From: the human T2T-CHM13v2.0 reference genome, Homo sapiens
Assembly (NCBI GenBank): GCA_009914755.4
Contig: CP086569.2
Location: forward strand, 24,032,001 to 24,096,000
DNA length: 64,000 nucleotides
Direction of reading: 5' to 3'
Below the pieces are notes generated by a model. That model worked only from the letters and a program-made list of their open reading frames with translations, was not told where the DNA came from and ran no database searches. The position numbers and the translations under genes are program-made. This document shows, one piece after another, positions 46,654 through 60,203 of the stretch (within the stretch, counting starts at the first letter, position 1; every line of letters starts with the position of its first letter).

Positions 46654-48965
46654 GTAATGTAAGAAGGAGTAAAATTATTTGCTTTCAGGTATTATTGAGG
46701 CCTTTAACTTGTTTATACAAATTTCCGGAATAGTTGGTCATTTTAAACTAGTGAAGTGTACCTAAAATTTAAGGAAACACTTAGAATTAGTGTAGAATGA
46801 AGACCTCTGTCTTATTGAGAAGTAATGAAGTCGAATTTTGACAGGAATATACTTGGGAATAACTTTCCTGTAGAACAGATTTCTGAGATTTGGTGTCCCA
46901 TTCTTCATTTCTGGATGTAGTTTTCATCTTTACTGTCAAATAACTGAATGAAACATCCAAACTGACTTTCATGAATTTTCTTAGGGAGATAGAGTGAAAT
47001 AAAATTATGACCCACTTTTCAGAGCACAGAATTCCAACTATATTTTCATTTTAGCTGGCTGTTTCACGATAGCAATTCTCTGGGTCTCTTTTCACAGATA
47101 CAAGTATATCTATGCCCAATAATTATATCTATGGTAATAAACTGAAAGAGCTAGTATCTTTGAGGTTTCCACATTGCCAACTCCCGAAAATGTGGAGAAG
47201 GGTGAAGTTTCTAATATAAAAGTAAGAAGAATGTCATGGAGTAGAAACATAAAGTACTCAAGTTTTCCTTTCTGTTACTTGTATTATAATAAAAAAGGAG
47301 ACAGCAGGATAAGTGCTTCAATATTGTGTTTCTCATGTGTTTTTGAAAATGTGTAGGAATATTTTAATAGTTTTGGTTTCCTTTTTTTTTTTTTTTTAAG
47401 ATGCCACCATAGGGGCCTGTTGGGGAGCAAAGGGATTATGTTTTCCTTGATGTTAAGTGAATTAGCCAAACATAGACTTCCTGTTCATTCTTGGTTTTTT
47501 TCCACGTCGTATATGCCTATTACTATTTTTAAGTGATTTTTATATCAATGTTTTAGTTTATTTTTTTACTTTCTTGTTAACCCGATTATAAACTCCCATG
47601 GGAGCAACAGTGCCTTTTTTGCCCTGAGGTTTTTATTTGCTTAAGCAATGGCAGGTCCACTTAATGATAGACCATATCATCAAAGAAAGGTAGTATTCAT
47701 GTGGCTTTTGAATTAGCATGCATCTGCGTAGATTCTGCCTCTGGCTTTACCAGCAACAGAAAATTTGTAGAACAGAGACAGAAATGCTTTGCTGTTAATT
47801 GCGCTTAAATAAGAATAGGAGTAAACGAGAGTATTACCTCCAAAGCACCAGAGCTGCTTTCCTCCTTATAACCAGTTCCTAAAGTGAATGAAAGCAGCTC
47901 TCCTTATGTGTCTGCCTACTTCATTCTTCGGTAAGTTTAACAGTTCATCTAGCTACCCTTTATTTGAAATGATTTCCAGATGCCTCCTCATATAAATTGC
48001 TGACTTCTGGATATATTCTGGTTCGGGAATGGGTAGATTTCTGATGTGGTTTAGTAGGTATATAAATCCCGTGAGCTTCTTGCATCTAATTTCTCTGATC
48101 CTGCTTACACTGATATTTAAAGTAGGTTTTGACATACTCCATCACTTAATGTTGATAAAGGACGTTTATATTCTTCTTAGTTCGTTTTATTTATGTGTTA
48201 GCTTTAAAGACATTTTCTTTGACGGAAAGTGAAGTAACAAAATAATAGTCGAATAGTTCTGCCGTGTCTCTAATTTGTTGATATTTTCCATGTACTTGAA
48301 ACATGTATGGTACACCTCTTCTTTTTCCTTCTCTGAACAATGGCTAGAAAAAAAACCCTACTTCTTTCTGTCATTTACTGTGAGGCATTACTGAATCTGG
48401 GTGTATTCATGTATGCTGCTACCTGTATGTTTTCAAACAATAAGAATTTATTGAAACTTATAAGACATTATACTTTCTCTTCTCCAGTATTGGATTATAG
48501 ACTGCACTTAGTTTTCCGGAATGAAGTACAGACAAAGCCATAACGCGTGTACAACTACACATTGTCCTATAATATTGTCTGATAAAAAACAGTGTAGAAA
48601 TATTCTGACAGGGAAATAGCAAATGTATTAATTTAACTTACCTTGCAATCTCTCTTAATGGAGCCTTATCACCAGTGTAAGAAAGAACGTCTGGGTGTGA
48701 ATACGTACACAGTATAAGGTAAACTTTGGTGAAGTCGTCAATTCTTTTGTCATTTCTTCCCCCTTCACAGCCAAAGTGTAGCACTTGACATGGAATCTTT
48801 CTTTCTTCATAAATCAGTCATTCATTTGGAATTCTGCATTGTTGTATGTAGAAAAACGATATTTTCCCTTCTGTAATATTGTTGTTATATTGGGAATTAT
48901 ATTTCTTTGTAATTTTAAAAAGTGGTTTACCATATTCATTTTTTTCTGCCAACCTTTCTTTTCAG

Positions 48966-49037
48966 GCATTTCCTGCTTATCCAAGTTCACCATTTCAGGT
49001 CACCACTGGATATCAGTTGCCTGTATATAATTATCAG
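48966..49037 (+). CDS. DAZ: DAZ exon 7 copy e4
   Basis: Identical to e1; AG/GT intact. Confidence 0.85.
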
Positions 49038-51349
49038 GTAATGTAAGAAGGAGTAAAATTATTTGCTTTCAGGTATTATTGAGGCCTTTAACTTGTTTAT
49101 ACAAATTTCCGGAATAGTTGGTCATTTTAAACTAGTGAAGTGTACCTAAAATTTAAGGAAACACTTAGAATTAGTGTAGAATGAAGACCTCTGTCTTATT
49201 GAGAAGTAATGAAGTCGAATTTTGACAGGAATATACTTGGGAATAACTTTCCTGTAGAACAGATTTCTGAGATTTGGTGTCCCATTCTTCATTTCTGGAT
49301 GTAGTTTTCATCTTTACTGTCAAATAACTGAATGAAACATCCAAACTGACTTTCATGAATTTTCTTAGGGAGATAGAGTGAAATAAAATTATGACCCACT
49401 TTTCAGAGCACAGAATTCCAACTATATTTTCATTTTAGCTGGCTGTTTCACGATAGCAATTCTCTGGGTCTCTTTTCACAGATACAAGTATAACTATGCC
49501 CAATAATTATATCTATGGTAATAAACTGAAAGAGCTAGTATCTTTGAGGTTTCCACATTGCCAACTCCCGAAAATGTGGAGAAGGGTGAAGTTTCTAATA
49601 TAAAAGTAACAAGAATGTCATGGAGTAGAAACATAAAGTACTCAAGTTTTCCTTTCTGTTACTTGTATTATAATAAAAAAGGAGACAGCAGGATAAGTGC
49701 TTCAATATTGTGTTTCTCATGTGTTTTTGAAAATGTGTAGGAATATTTTAATAGTTTTGGTTTCCTTTTTTTTTTTTTTTTAAGATGCCACCATAGGGGC
49801 CTGTTGGGGAGCAAAGGGATTATGTTTTCCTTGATGTTAAGTGAATTAGCCAAACATAGTCTTCCTGTTCATTCTTGGTTTTTTTCCACGTCGTATATGC
49901 CTATTACTATTTTTAAGTGATTTTTATATCAATGTTTTAGTTTATTTTTTTACTTTCTTGTTAACCCGATTATAAACTCCCATGGGAGCAACAGTGCCTT
50001 TTTTGCCCTGAGGTTTTTATTTGCTTAAGCAATGGCAGGTCCACTTAATGATAGACCATATCATCAAAGAAAGGTAGTATTCATGTGGCTTTTGAATTAG
50101 CATGCATCTGCGTAGATTCTGCCTCTGGCTTTACCAGCAACAGAAAATTTGTAGAACAGAGACAGAAATGCTTTGCTGTTAATTGCGCTTAAATAAGAAT
50201 AGGAGTAAACGAGAGTATTACCTCCAAAGCACCAGAGCTGCTTTCCTCCTTATAACCAGTTCCTAAAGTGAATGAAAGCAGCTCTCCTTATGTGTCTGCC
50301 TACTTCATTCTTCGGTAAGTTTAACAGTTCATCTAGCTACCCTTTATTTGAAATGATTTCCAGATGCCTCCTCATATAAATTGCTGACTTCTGGATATAT
50401 TCTGGTTCGGGAATGGGTAGATTTCTGATGTGGTTTAGTAGGTATATAAATCCCGTGAGCTTCTTGCATCTAATTTCTCTGATCCTGCTTACACTGATAT
50501 TTAAAGTAGGTTTTGACATACTCCATCACTTAATGTTGATAAAGGACGTTTATATTCTTCTTAGTTCGTTTTATTTATGTGTTAGCTTTAAAGACATTTT
50601 CTTTGACGGAAAGTGAAGTAACAAAATAATAGTCGAATAGTTCTGCCGTGTCTCTAATTTGTTGATATTTTCCATGTACTTGAAACATGTATGGTACACC
50701 TCTTCTTTTTCCTTCTCTGAACAATGGCTAGAAAAAAAACCCTACTTCTTTCTGTCATTTACTGTGAGGCATTACTGAATCTGGGTGTATTCATGTATGC
50801 TGCTACCTGTATGTTTTCAAACAATAAGAATTTATTGAAACTTATAAGACATTATACTTTCTCTTCTCCAGTATTGGATTATAGACTGCACTTAGTTTTC
50901 CGGAATGAAGTACAGACAAAGCCATAACGCGTGTACAACTACACATTGTCCTATAATATTGTCTGATAAAAAACAGTGTAGAAATATTCTGACAGGGAAA
51001 TAGCAAATGTATTAATTTAACTTACCTTGCAATCTCTCTTAATGGAGCCTTATCACCAGTGTAAGAAAGAACGTCTGGGTGTGAATACGTACACAGTATA
51101 AGGTAAACTTTGGTGAAGTCGTCAATTCTTTTGTCATTTCTTCCCCCTTCACACCCAAAGTGTAGCACTTGACATGGAATCTTTCTTTCTTCATAAATCA
51201 GTCATTCATTTGGAATTCTGCATTGTTGTATGTAGAAAAACGATATTTTCCCTTCTGTAATATTGTTGTTATATTGGGAATTATATTTCTTTGTAATTTT
51301 AAAAAGTGGTTTACCATATTCATTTTTTTCTGCCAACCTTTCTTTTCAG

Positions 51350-51421
51350 GCATTTCCTGCTTATCCAAGTTCACCATTTCAGGTCACCACTGGATATCAG
51401 TTGCCTGTATATAATTATCAG
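51350..51421 (+). CDS. DAZ: DAZ exon 7 copy e5
   Basis: Identical to e1; AG/GT intact. Confidence 0.85.
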
Positions 51422-53733
51422 GTAATGTAAGAAGGAGTAAAATTATTTGCTTTCAGGTATTATTGAGGCCTTTAACTTGTTTATACAAATTTCCGGAATA
51501 GTTGGTCATTTTAAACTAGTGAAGTGTACCTAAAATTTAAGGAAACACTTAGAATTAGTGTAGAATGAAGACCTCTGTCTTATTGAGAAGTAATGAAGTC
51601 GAATTTTGACAGGAATATACTTGGGAATAACTTTCCTGTAGAACAGATTTCTGAGATTTGGTGTCCCATTCTTCATTTCTGGATGTAGTTTTCATCTTTA
51701 CTGTCAAATAACTGAATGAAACATCCAAACTGACTTTCATGAATTTTCTTAGGGAGATAGAGTGAAATAAAATTATGACCCACTTTTCAGAGCACAGAAT
51801 TCCAACTATATTTTCATTTTAGCTGGCTGTTTCACGATAGCAATTCTCTGGGTCTCTTTTCACAGATACAAGTATATCTATGCCCAATAATTATATCTAT
51901 GGTAATAAACTGAAAGAGCTAGTATCTTTGAGGTTTCCACATTGCCAACTCCCGAAAATGTGGAGAAGGGTGAAGTTTCTAATATAAAAGTAAGAAGAAT
52001 GTCATGGAGTAGAAACATAAAGTACTCAAGTTTTCCTTTCTGTTACTTGTATTATAATAAAAAAGGAGACAGCAGGATAAGTGCTTCAATATTGTGTTTC
52101 TCATGTGTTTTTGAAAATGTGTAGGAATATTTTAATAGTTTTGGTTTCCTTTTTTTTTTTTTTTTAAGATGCCACCATAGGGGCCTGTTGGGGAGCAAAG
52201 GGATTATGTTTTCCTTGATGTTAAGTGAATTAGCCAAACATAGACTTCCTGTTCATTCTTGGTTTTTTTCCACGTCGTATATGCCTATTACTATTTTTAA
52301 GTGATTTTTATATCAATGTTTTAGTTTATTTTTTTACTTTCTTGTTAACCCGATTATAAACTCCCATGGGAGCAACAGTGCCTTTTTTGCCCTGAGGTTT
52401 TTATTTGCTTAAGCAATGGCAGGTCCACTTAATGATAGACCATATCATCAAAGAAAGGTAGTATTCATGTGGCTTTTGAATTAGCATGCATCTGCGTAGA
52501 TTCTGCCTCTGGCTTTACCAGCAACAGAAAATTTGTAGAACAGAGACAGAAATGCTTTGCTGTTAATTGCGCTTAAATAAGAATAGGAGTAAACGAGAGT
52601 ATTACCTCCAAAGCACCAGAGCTGCTTTCCTCCTTATAACCAGTTCCTAAAGTGAATGAAAGCAGCTCTCCTTATGTGTCTGCCTACTTCATTCTTCGGT
52701 AAGTTTAACAGTTCATCTAGCTACCCTTTATTTGAAATGATTTCCAGATGCCTCCTCATATAAATTGCTGACTTCTGGATATATTCTGGTTCGGGAATGG
52801 GTAGATTTCTGATGTGGTTTAGTAGGTATATAAATCCCGTGAGCTTCTTGCATCTAATTTCTCTGATCCTGCTTACACTGATATTTAAAGTAGGTTTTGA
52901 CATACTCCATCACTTAATGTTGATAAAGGACGTTTATATTCTTCTTAGTTCGTTTTATTTATGTGTTAGCTTTAAAGACATTTTCTTTGACGGAAAGTGA
53001 AGTAACAAAATAATAGTCGAATAGTTCTGCCGTGTCTCTAATTTGTTGATATTTTCCATGTACTTGAAACATGTATGGTACACCTCTTCTTTTTCCTTCT
53101 CTGAACAATGGCTAGAAAAAAAACCCTACTTCTTTCTGTCATTTACTGTGAGGCATTACTGAATCTGGGTGTATTCATGTATGCTGCTACCTGTATGTTT
53201 TCAAACAATAAGAATTTATTGAAACTTATAAGACATTATACTTTCTCTTCTCCAGTATTGGATTATAGACTGCACTTAGTTTTCCGGAATGAAGTACAGA
53301 CAAAGCCATAACGCGTGTACAACTACACATTGTCCTATAATATTGTCTGATAAAAAACAGTGTAGAAATATTCTGACAGGGAAATAGCAAATGTATTAAT
53401 TTAACTTACCTTGCAATCTCTCTTAATGGAGCCTTATCACCAGTGTAAGAAAGAACGTCTGGGTGTGAATACGTACACAGTATAAGGTAAACTTTGGTGA
53501 AGTCGTCAATTCTTTTGTCATTTCTTCCCCCTTCACACCCAAAGTGTAGCACTTGACATGGAATCTTTCTTTCTTCATAAATCAGTCATTCATTTGGAAT
53601 TCTGCATTGTTGTATGTAGAAAAACGATATTTTCCCTTCTGTAATATTGTTGTTATATTGGGAATTATATTTCTTTGTAATTTTAAAAAGTGGTTTACCA
53701 TATTCATTTTTTTCTGCCAACCTTTCTTTTCAG

Positions 53734-53805
53734 GCATTTCCTGCTTATCCAAGTTCACCATTTCAGGTCACCACTGGATATCAGTTGCCTGTATATAATT
53801 ATCAG
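53734..53805 (+). CDS. DAZ: DAZ exon 7 copy e6
   Basis: Identical to e1; AG/GT intact. Confidence 0.85.
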
Positions 53806-56117
53806 GTAATGTAAGAAGGAGTAAAATTATTTGCTTTCAGGTATTATTGAGGCCTTTAACTTGTTTATACAAATTTCCGGAATAGTTGGTCATTTTAAAC
53901 TAGTGAAGTGTACCTAAAATTTAAGGAAACACTTAGAATTAGTGTAGAATGAAGACCTCTGTCTTATTGAGAAGTAATGAAGTCGAATTTTGACAGGAAT
54001 ATACTTGGGAATAACTTTCCTGTAGAACAGATTTCTGAGATTTGGTGTCCCATTCTTCATTTCTGGATGTAGTTTTCATCTTTACTGTCAAATAACTGAA
54101 TGAAACATCCAAACTGACTTTCATGAATTTTCTTAGGGAGATAGAGTGAAATAAAATTATGACCCACTTTTCAGAGCACAGAATTCCAACTATATTTTCA
54201 TTTTAGCTGGCTGTTTCACGATAGCAATTCTCTGGGTCTCTTTTCACAGATACAAGTATATCTATGCCCAATAATTATATCTATGGTAATAAACTGAAAG
54301 AGCTAGTATCTTTGAGGTTTCCACATTGCCAACTCCCGAAAATGTGGAGAAGGGTGAAGTTTCTAATATAAAAGTAAGAAGAATGTCATGGAGTAGAAAC
54401 ATAAAGTACTCAAGTTTTCCTTTCTGTTACTTGTATTATAATAAAAAAGGAGACAGCAGGATAAGTGCTTCAATATTGTGTTTCTCATGTGTTTTTGAAA
54501 ATGTGTAGGAATATTTTAATAGTTTTGGTTTCCTTTTTTTTTTTTTTTTAAGATGCCACCATAGGGGCCTGTTGGGGAGCAAAGGGATTATGTTTTCCTT
54601 GATGTTAAGTGAATTAGCCAAACATAGACTTCCTGTTCATTCTTGGTTTTTTTCCACGTCGTATATGCCTATTACTATTTTTAAGTGATTTTTATATCAA
54701 TGTTTTAGTTTATTTTTTTACTTTCTTGTTAACCCGATTATAAACTCCCATGGGAGCAACAGTGCCTTTTTTGCCCTGAGGTTTTTATTTGCTTAAGCAA
54801 TGGCAGGTCCACTTAATGATAGACCATATCATCAAAGAAAGGTAGTATTCATGTGGCTTTTGAATTAGCATGCATCTGCGTAGATTCTGCCTCTGGCTTT
54901 ACCAGCAACAGAAAATTTGTAGAACAGAGACAGAAATGCTTTGCTGTTAATTGCGCTTAAATAAGAATAGGAGTAAACGAGAGTATTACCTCCAAAGCAC
55001 CAGAGCTGCTTTCCTCCTTATAACCAGTTCCTAAAGTGAATGAAAGCAGCTCTCCTTATGTGTCTGCCTACTTCATTCTTCGGTAAGTTTAACAGTTCAT
55101 CTAGCTACCCTTTATTTGAAATGATTTCCAGATGCCTCCTCATATAAATTGCTGACTTCTGGATATATTCTGGTTCGGGAATGGGTAGATTTCTGATGTG
55201 GTTTAGTAGGTATATAAATCCCGTGAGCTTCTTGCATCTAATTTCTCTGATCCTGCTTACACTGATATTTAAAGTAGGTTTTGACATACTCCATCACTTA
55301 ATGTTGATAAAGGACGTTTATATTCTTCTTAGTTCGTTTTATTTATGTGTTAGCTTTAAAGACATTTTCTTTGACGGAAAATGAAGTAACAAAATAATAG
55401 TCCAATAGTTCTGCAGTGTCTCTAATTTGTTGATGTTTTCCATGTACTTGAAACATGTGTGGTATACCTCTTCTTTTTCCTTCTCTGAACAATGGCTGGA
55501 AAAAAAGCCCTACTTGTTTCTGTCATTTACTGTGCGGCATTACTGAATCAGGGCATATTCATGTATGCTGCTACCTGTATGTTTTCAAACAATAAGAATT
55601 CATTGAAACATATAAGACATTATACTTTCTCTTCTCCAGTATTGGATTATAGACTGCACTTAGTTTTTTGGAATGAAGTACAAACATAGCACTAATATCT
55701 ATAGAACTACATATTACCCTTTAATATTGTCTGATACAAAACAGTCTAGAAATATTCTGACATTGAAATAGCAAATGTATAAATTTAACTTACATTGCAA
55801 TCTGTCTTAATGGAGCCTTATCACCGGTGTAAGAAAGAATTTCTGGGTGTGAATAAGTACACAGTATAAGGTAAACTTTGGTGAAATAGTCAATTCTTTT
55901 GTCATTTGTTCCCCCTTCACACCCAAAGTGTGGCACATGACATAGACTATTTCTTTCTTCATAAAGTCAGTCATTCATTTAGAATTCTGCATTGTTGTAT
56001 GTAGAAAAATGATATTTTAACGTTTTTAATATTTTTGTTACATTGGGAATGATATTTCTTTCTAATTTTAAAAAATGGTTTACCATATTCTTTTTTTTCT
56101 GCCACCTTTCTTTTCAG

Positions 56118-56189
56118 GCATTTCCTGCTTATCCAAATTCAGCAGTTCAGGTCACCACTGGATATCAGTTCCATGTATACAATTACCAG
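56118..56189 (+). CDS. DAZ: DAZ exon 7 copy f, the last one spliced (AFPAYPNSAVQVTTGYQFHVYNYQ)
   Basis: cctttcttttcag|gcatttcctgcttatccaaattcagcagttcag ... aattaccag|gtaatgtaag. It is followed in the same unit by the functional exon 8. Confidence 0.85.
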
Positions 56190-56934
56190 GTAATGTAAGA
56201 AGGAATGAAATGATTTGCTTTCAGGTATTATTGAGGCCTTTAACTTGTTTATACAAATTTCCTGAATAGTTGGTCATTTTAAACTAGTGAAGTGTACCTA
56301 ATATTTAAGGAAACACTTAGAATTAGTGTAGAATGAAGACCTCTGTCTGATTTAGAAGTAATGAAGTAATATTTTGACAGGAATGTACTTGGCAATAACT
56401 TTTCTGTAGAACAGTTTTCTGAGATTTGACCCTTCTATATTTCAGGATATAGTTTTCATCTTTGCTGTCAAATAGCTGAATGAAACCTCCAGAATGACTT
56501 TCATGAATTTTTTAGGGATATAGAGTAAATAAAATTATTACCCAATTCTTAGAGCACATAATTCAAATTATAGTTTCATTTAGTAGGCTGTTTCCCGACA
56601 ATTGTTGTCTGGTTCTCTTTTCATAGTAGAGAGGACTCTATCTATGACCAATAATCATATGTAGCATAATAAGTTCAAAGTAGTAACATCTTTGAGATTT
56701 CCACAATGCCAAATCCAAAAATTGGGGAAAAGGTGTGGTTTCGTATTTGTATGTGGAAGTAACAACAAGAATGTCAGGAATTAGAACCATAAAGTACTTC
56801 TTTTTTTCCATTGTCTTTCTTTTATTATAATAACAAAGGAGCCAGCATAGGTACTTCAATATTTTATATATCATTTGTTTTTGAAAATGTTTATGAATAT
56901 TTGAATAATTTTGTTTTCCTATTTTTTTTTTAAG

Positions 56935-56969
56935 ATGCCACCGCAGTGCCCTGTTGGGGAGCAAAGGAG
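56935..56969 (+). CDS. DAZ: DAZ exon 8 (MPPQCPVGEQR-R), the only exon 8 copy with an intact ATGCCACCGCAG reading frame
   Basis: tttttttttaag|atgccaccgcagtgccctgttggggagcaaaggag|gtaggt. All other units have ccatagggg (in-frame TAG) or other lesions at this position. Joining ...agg ag to exon 10 a aat ctg gives ...QRRNLW... Confidence 0.7.
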
Positions 56970-58534
56970 GTAGGTTGTACCTCTGGTAAAGTGAATTAGC
57001 CTACCATGTACTTCTGTTCTTTCTGGATTATTTTCCATATCATTTATGCCTTATAAATATTTTAAATGATTCTTTATATTAATGTGTTACATTTTGTTAC
57101 TTTCTTTTTAACCCAGTTACAATCTCCCATGGGTGCAACAGTGCCTTTTTCTCTCTCAGGTTTTTGTGTGCTTAAGGAGTGGCTGGTCCACATAATAAGT
57201 GTTCAGTTACTTGTTGATAGACTGTGTAATCTAAGAAAGATAGTATTAATGTCACTTTAGAATTAGCATGTATCTGCGTAGGGTCTGCCTCTGGTTTTAC
57301 CAGCCACAAAAAATTTGTTGAAGAGAAACAGAAATGTTTTGCTGTTAATTACTCTTAAATAAGAATAGGAATAAAAAAAGAGTATTACCTCTAAAATACC
57401 TGAACTTCTTTCCCCCATTATACCTAGTTCTGAAAACATTTGAAAGCAGCTGTTCTAATGTTTCTGCCTAGTTTATTCTTTAAGGATAGCGATTAATCTA
57501 GCTCTTCTTTACTTGCAATGATTTCCAGTTGACTCCTCATATAAACTGCTGACTTCGGGATATATTCTCGGTCTGGAATGTATAGATTTCTGACCTATTT
57601 TACTGTACCTATAAATCCTGTGAATTTCTGGCATGTAATTTCTCTGATCCTGATTACTTTGATATTTAAAGTAGGATTTGACATACTCTATCACTTATTG
57701 GTGATAAATAACGTCTGTTTTCTTCTTAGTCCATTTTATTTATGTGTTAGTTTAAAAGACATTTTCTTTGATGGAAAATAAAGTAACAAAATAGTAGTGA
57801 AATAGTTCTTCAGTGTCTCTCATTTATTGACATTTTCTGTGTACTTGAAATGTGTAGGATATACCTCTTCTTCTTTTTTCTTCTCTGAACAATGGCTAGA
57901 GACAAAGCCCTACTTGTTTCTAACATTTACGGTGAGCCATTACTGAATTTGGGTGTATTCATGTATGCTGCTTCCTATATGTTTTCAAACAATAAGTATT
58001 TATCGAAACATATAAGACATCGTACTGTCCTTCTCCAGTTTTGGATTGTACACTGCCCTTAGTTTTTCGAAATGAAGTACAGAAAAAAAACATAACATCT
58101 GTAGGAGAACTACATATTACCCTGTAATATTGTCAAACACAAAACTATCTGGAAGTATATTGACAAAGAAATAGCAAATGTATTAACTTAACTTACATTG
58201 AGATCTGTCTTAATGGAGCCTTACCAGCAGTGTAAGAAACAACTTCTGGGTGGGCATAAGTACACAGTGTCAGTAAGGTGAACTTTGCCTGGTGAAATAG
58301 TCACTACTTTGTCATTTGTGTGTTCCCCCGCCCCACCCAAAGGGGCTTAGCACTTGACAGAGAATATTTATTTCTTCCTGAAGTCATTCATTCATTTAGA
58401 ATTCTGCATTGTTTTATATAGAAAATTAATAAATATTTTAAAGTTTTTCATTTTTTTTATTTTGGGAATAATATTTTTTTCTAATTTAAAAAGATGTTTT
58501 ACCATATTCATTCTTTCTGTAAACTTACTTTCAG

Positions 58535-58606
58535 ACATATCCTACTTATCCAAATTCACCAGGTCAGGTCACCACTGGGTGTCAGTTGCCTGTATGTAAT
58601 TATCAG
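58535..58606 (+). pseudogene. DAZ: Exon 7-like copy g (TYPTYPNSPGQVTTGCQLPVCNYQ) lying downstream of the functional exon 8; presumably not spliced
   Basis: aaacttactttcag|acatatcctacttatccaaattcaccaggtcaggtcaccactgggtgtcag...aattatcag|gtaattgaag. Its position 3' of exon 8 means including it would break the exon 7-8 order. The next pseudo-exon 8 (59291-59340, gtgctaccgcagtggcc) lacks an ATG. Confidence 0.6.
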
Positions 58607-60089
58607 GTAATTGAAGAGGGAGTAAAATGATTTGTTTTCAGATATTATTGAAGCCTTTAACTTGTTTATATGAATTTCCCAAATAGTGTGTCATTTTAAA
58701 CTAGTGAAATGTACCTAAAATTTAGGAAAACACTTGCAATGGTCTAGAATGAAGCCCTCTGTATTATTTAGAAGTAATGAATTAACATTTTGACAGGGAT
58801 ATACTTAGCAATAACTTTTCTGTAAAACAGTTTTCTGAGATTCGTTGTCCCCTTCTATATTTCAGCGTGTATTTTTTCATCTTTTTCATCTTTTTATCAT
58901 CCCATTCTTAGAGCACAGAATTCCAATTATATTTTTATTTTAAGCTTGCTGCTTCATGATAGTAGTTCTCTGGGCCTCTTTTCATAGATATGACTACATC
59001 TGTGACCCATAATCATATCTATGGTGATAAGTAATAAATTGAAAAAACTAGTATCCTTGAGATTTCCACAATGCCAACTCCAGAAAATTGGGAAAATGGC
59101 GAGGTTTTATGTATAAAAGTAACAAGAACATCAGGGATTAGAAACATAAAGTACTTCTTTTTTTTTTTTTACTCTGTTTCTTTCACTTTAATAACAAATG
59201 AGCCAGCATGATAAGTGCTTCAATATTGTGTATCTCATGAGTTTTTGAAAATGTGTAGGAATATTTTAATAGTTTTGGTTTCCTTCTTTTTATTTTTTTA
59301 AGGTGCTACCGCAGTGGCCTGTTGGGGAGCAAAAGGGGTTATGGAGTAAAGTGAATTAGTGAAACGTATACTTCCTCATCTTTCTTGACTTTTTTCTATG
59401 CCATATATGCCTGTAGATATTTTTAAATGGTTCTTTATATTAATGTTTTATGTTTTGTTACTTTATTTTTAACCCAATTATAAACTCCCATGGGAGCAAC
59501 AGTGCCTTTTTGTCTCTCACATTTTTGTGTGCTGAAACAGTGGCTGGTCCACATAATGATAAGTGTTCAGTTACTTGTTGATAGATTATATAATCCAGGA
59601 ATGGCGGTATTAACTGGCTTTAGAATTAGCATGTATCTGCCTAGAATATGCCTCTGGCTTTACTAGCCATAAAACATTTGTTGAGGAGAAACCGAAATGT
59701 TTTGCTATTAATTACTCTTAAAGAGGAATAGGAATAAAACAAGAGTATTACCTCTAATACAACAGAGCTGCTGTCTTACATCACGATTGGATATTTGAAG
59801 GATATAGTAAGTGTTAAAATTCTCAAACACTCCCTTAACTACATTTGTTTCTTAGAATCCTTCTACCTCTGATTATGTTGATACCTGGAAGACGTTTTAA
59901 AACAAAAGGCTGCCTTAATGCATTTCAACTTTTCGTTTAAAACAAGGTTTCTGAAGTAACACAATTGAATTTCAACACAACCTACATTGAAACTTTTGAT
60001 ACCAGCTCACCTTTTTGAGGAATAAATAAGTAGCTTTTAAACGTATCTGTATTATCTGTTTAATTACACTTTCATTATTTTAAATATAG

Positions 60090-60203
60090 GCTTATTCAGC
60101 TCTTAACTGTCACTGTAGTGAAGTTGATACAGGAGGTGATGTTGTGCTAAATGAATGCTCAATTCATGAAGCTACCCCACCCTCTGGAAATGGCCCACAA
60201 AAG
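60090..60203 (+). pseudogene. DAZ: Vestigial exon 9 (AYSALNCHCSEVDTGGDVVLNECSIHEATPPSGNGPQK) with a disabled donor (GT>GC)
   Basis: Acceptor ttttaaatatag|gcttattcagc is intact and the ORF is open. The 3' junction is ccacaaaag|gcaaacatc, where a functional donor would need gt. This is consistent with exon 9 being skipped in DAZ and retained in autosomal DAZL. Confidence 0.75.

Larger units (their letters stand above)
40677..54984 (+). repeat. DAZ: Block of six nearly identical DAZ-repeat units (e1-e6) with 2384-2385 bp periodicity
   Basis: Identical by-product ORF sets recur at +2385/2384 bp (e.g. 40799, 43184, 45569, 47953, 50337, 52721, 55105 on the minus strand). Only a handful of single-base differences: NKNSLKHI in e1 and e3, NKNLLKHI in e2, NKNLLKLI in e4-e6. 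The poly-T run before pseudo-exon 8 varies in length. Confidence 0.9.

Noticed and set aside
40799-55689. Dozens of 60-81-aa ORFs that recur identically in every 2.4-kb unit on both strands (e.g. MARKKTLLLSVIYCEALLNLGVFMYAATCMFSNNKN..., MSKPTLNISVSRIREIRCKKLTGF..., MKVSLDVSFSYLTVKMKTTSRNEEWDTKSQ..., MTWNLSFFINQSF...).
   Set aside because: They lie in intronic DNA of the DAZ repeat units, overlap each other on opposite strands and have no splice or promoter context. They recur only because the unit is tandemly repeated. The real coding content of each unit is the single 72-bp exon.
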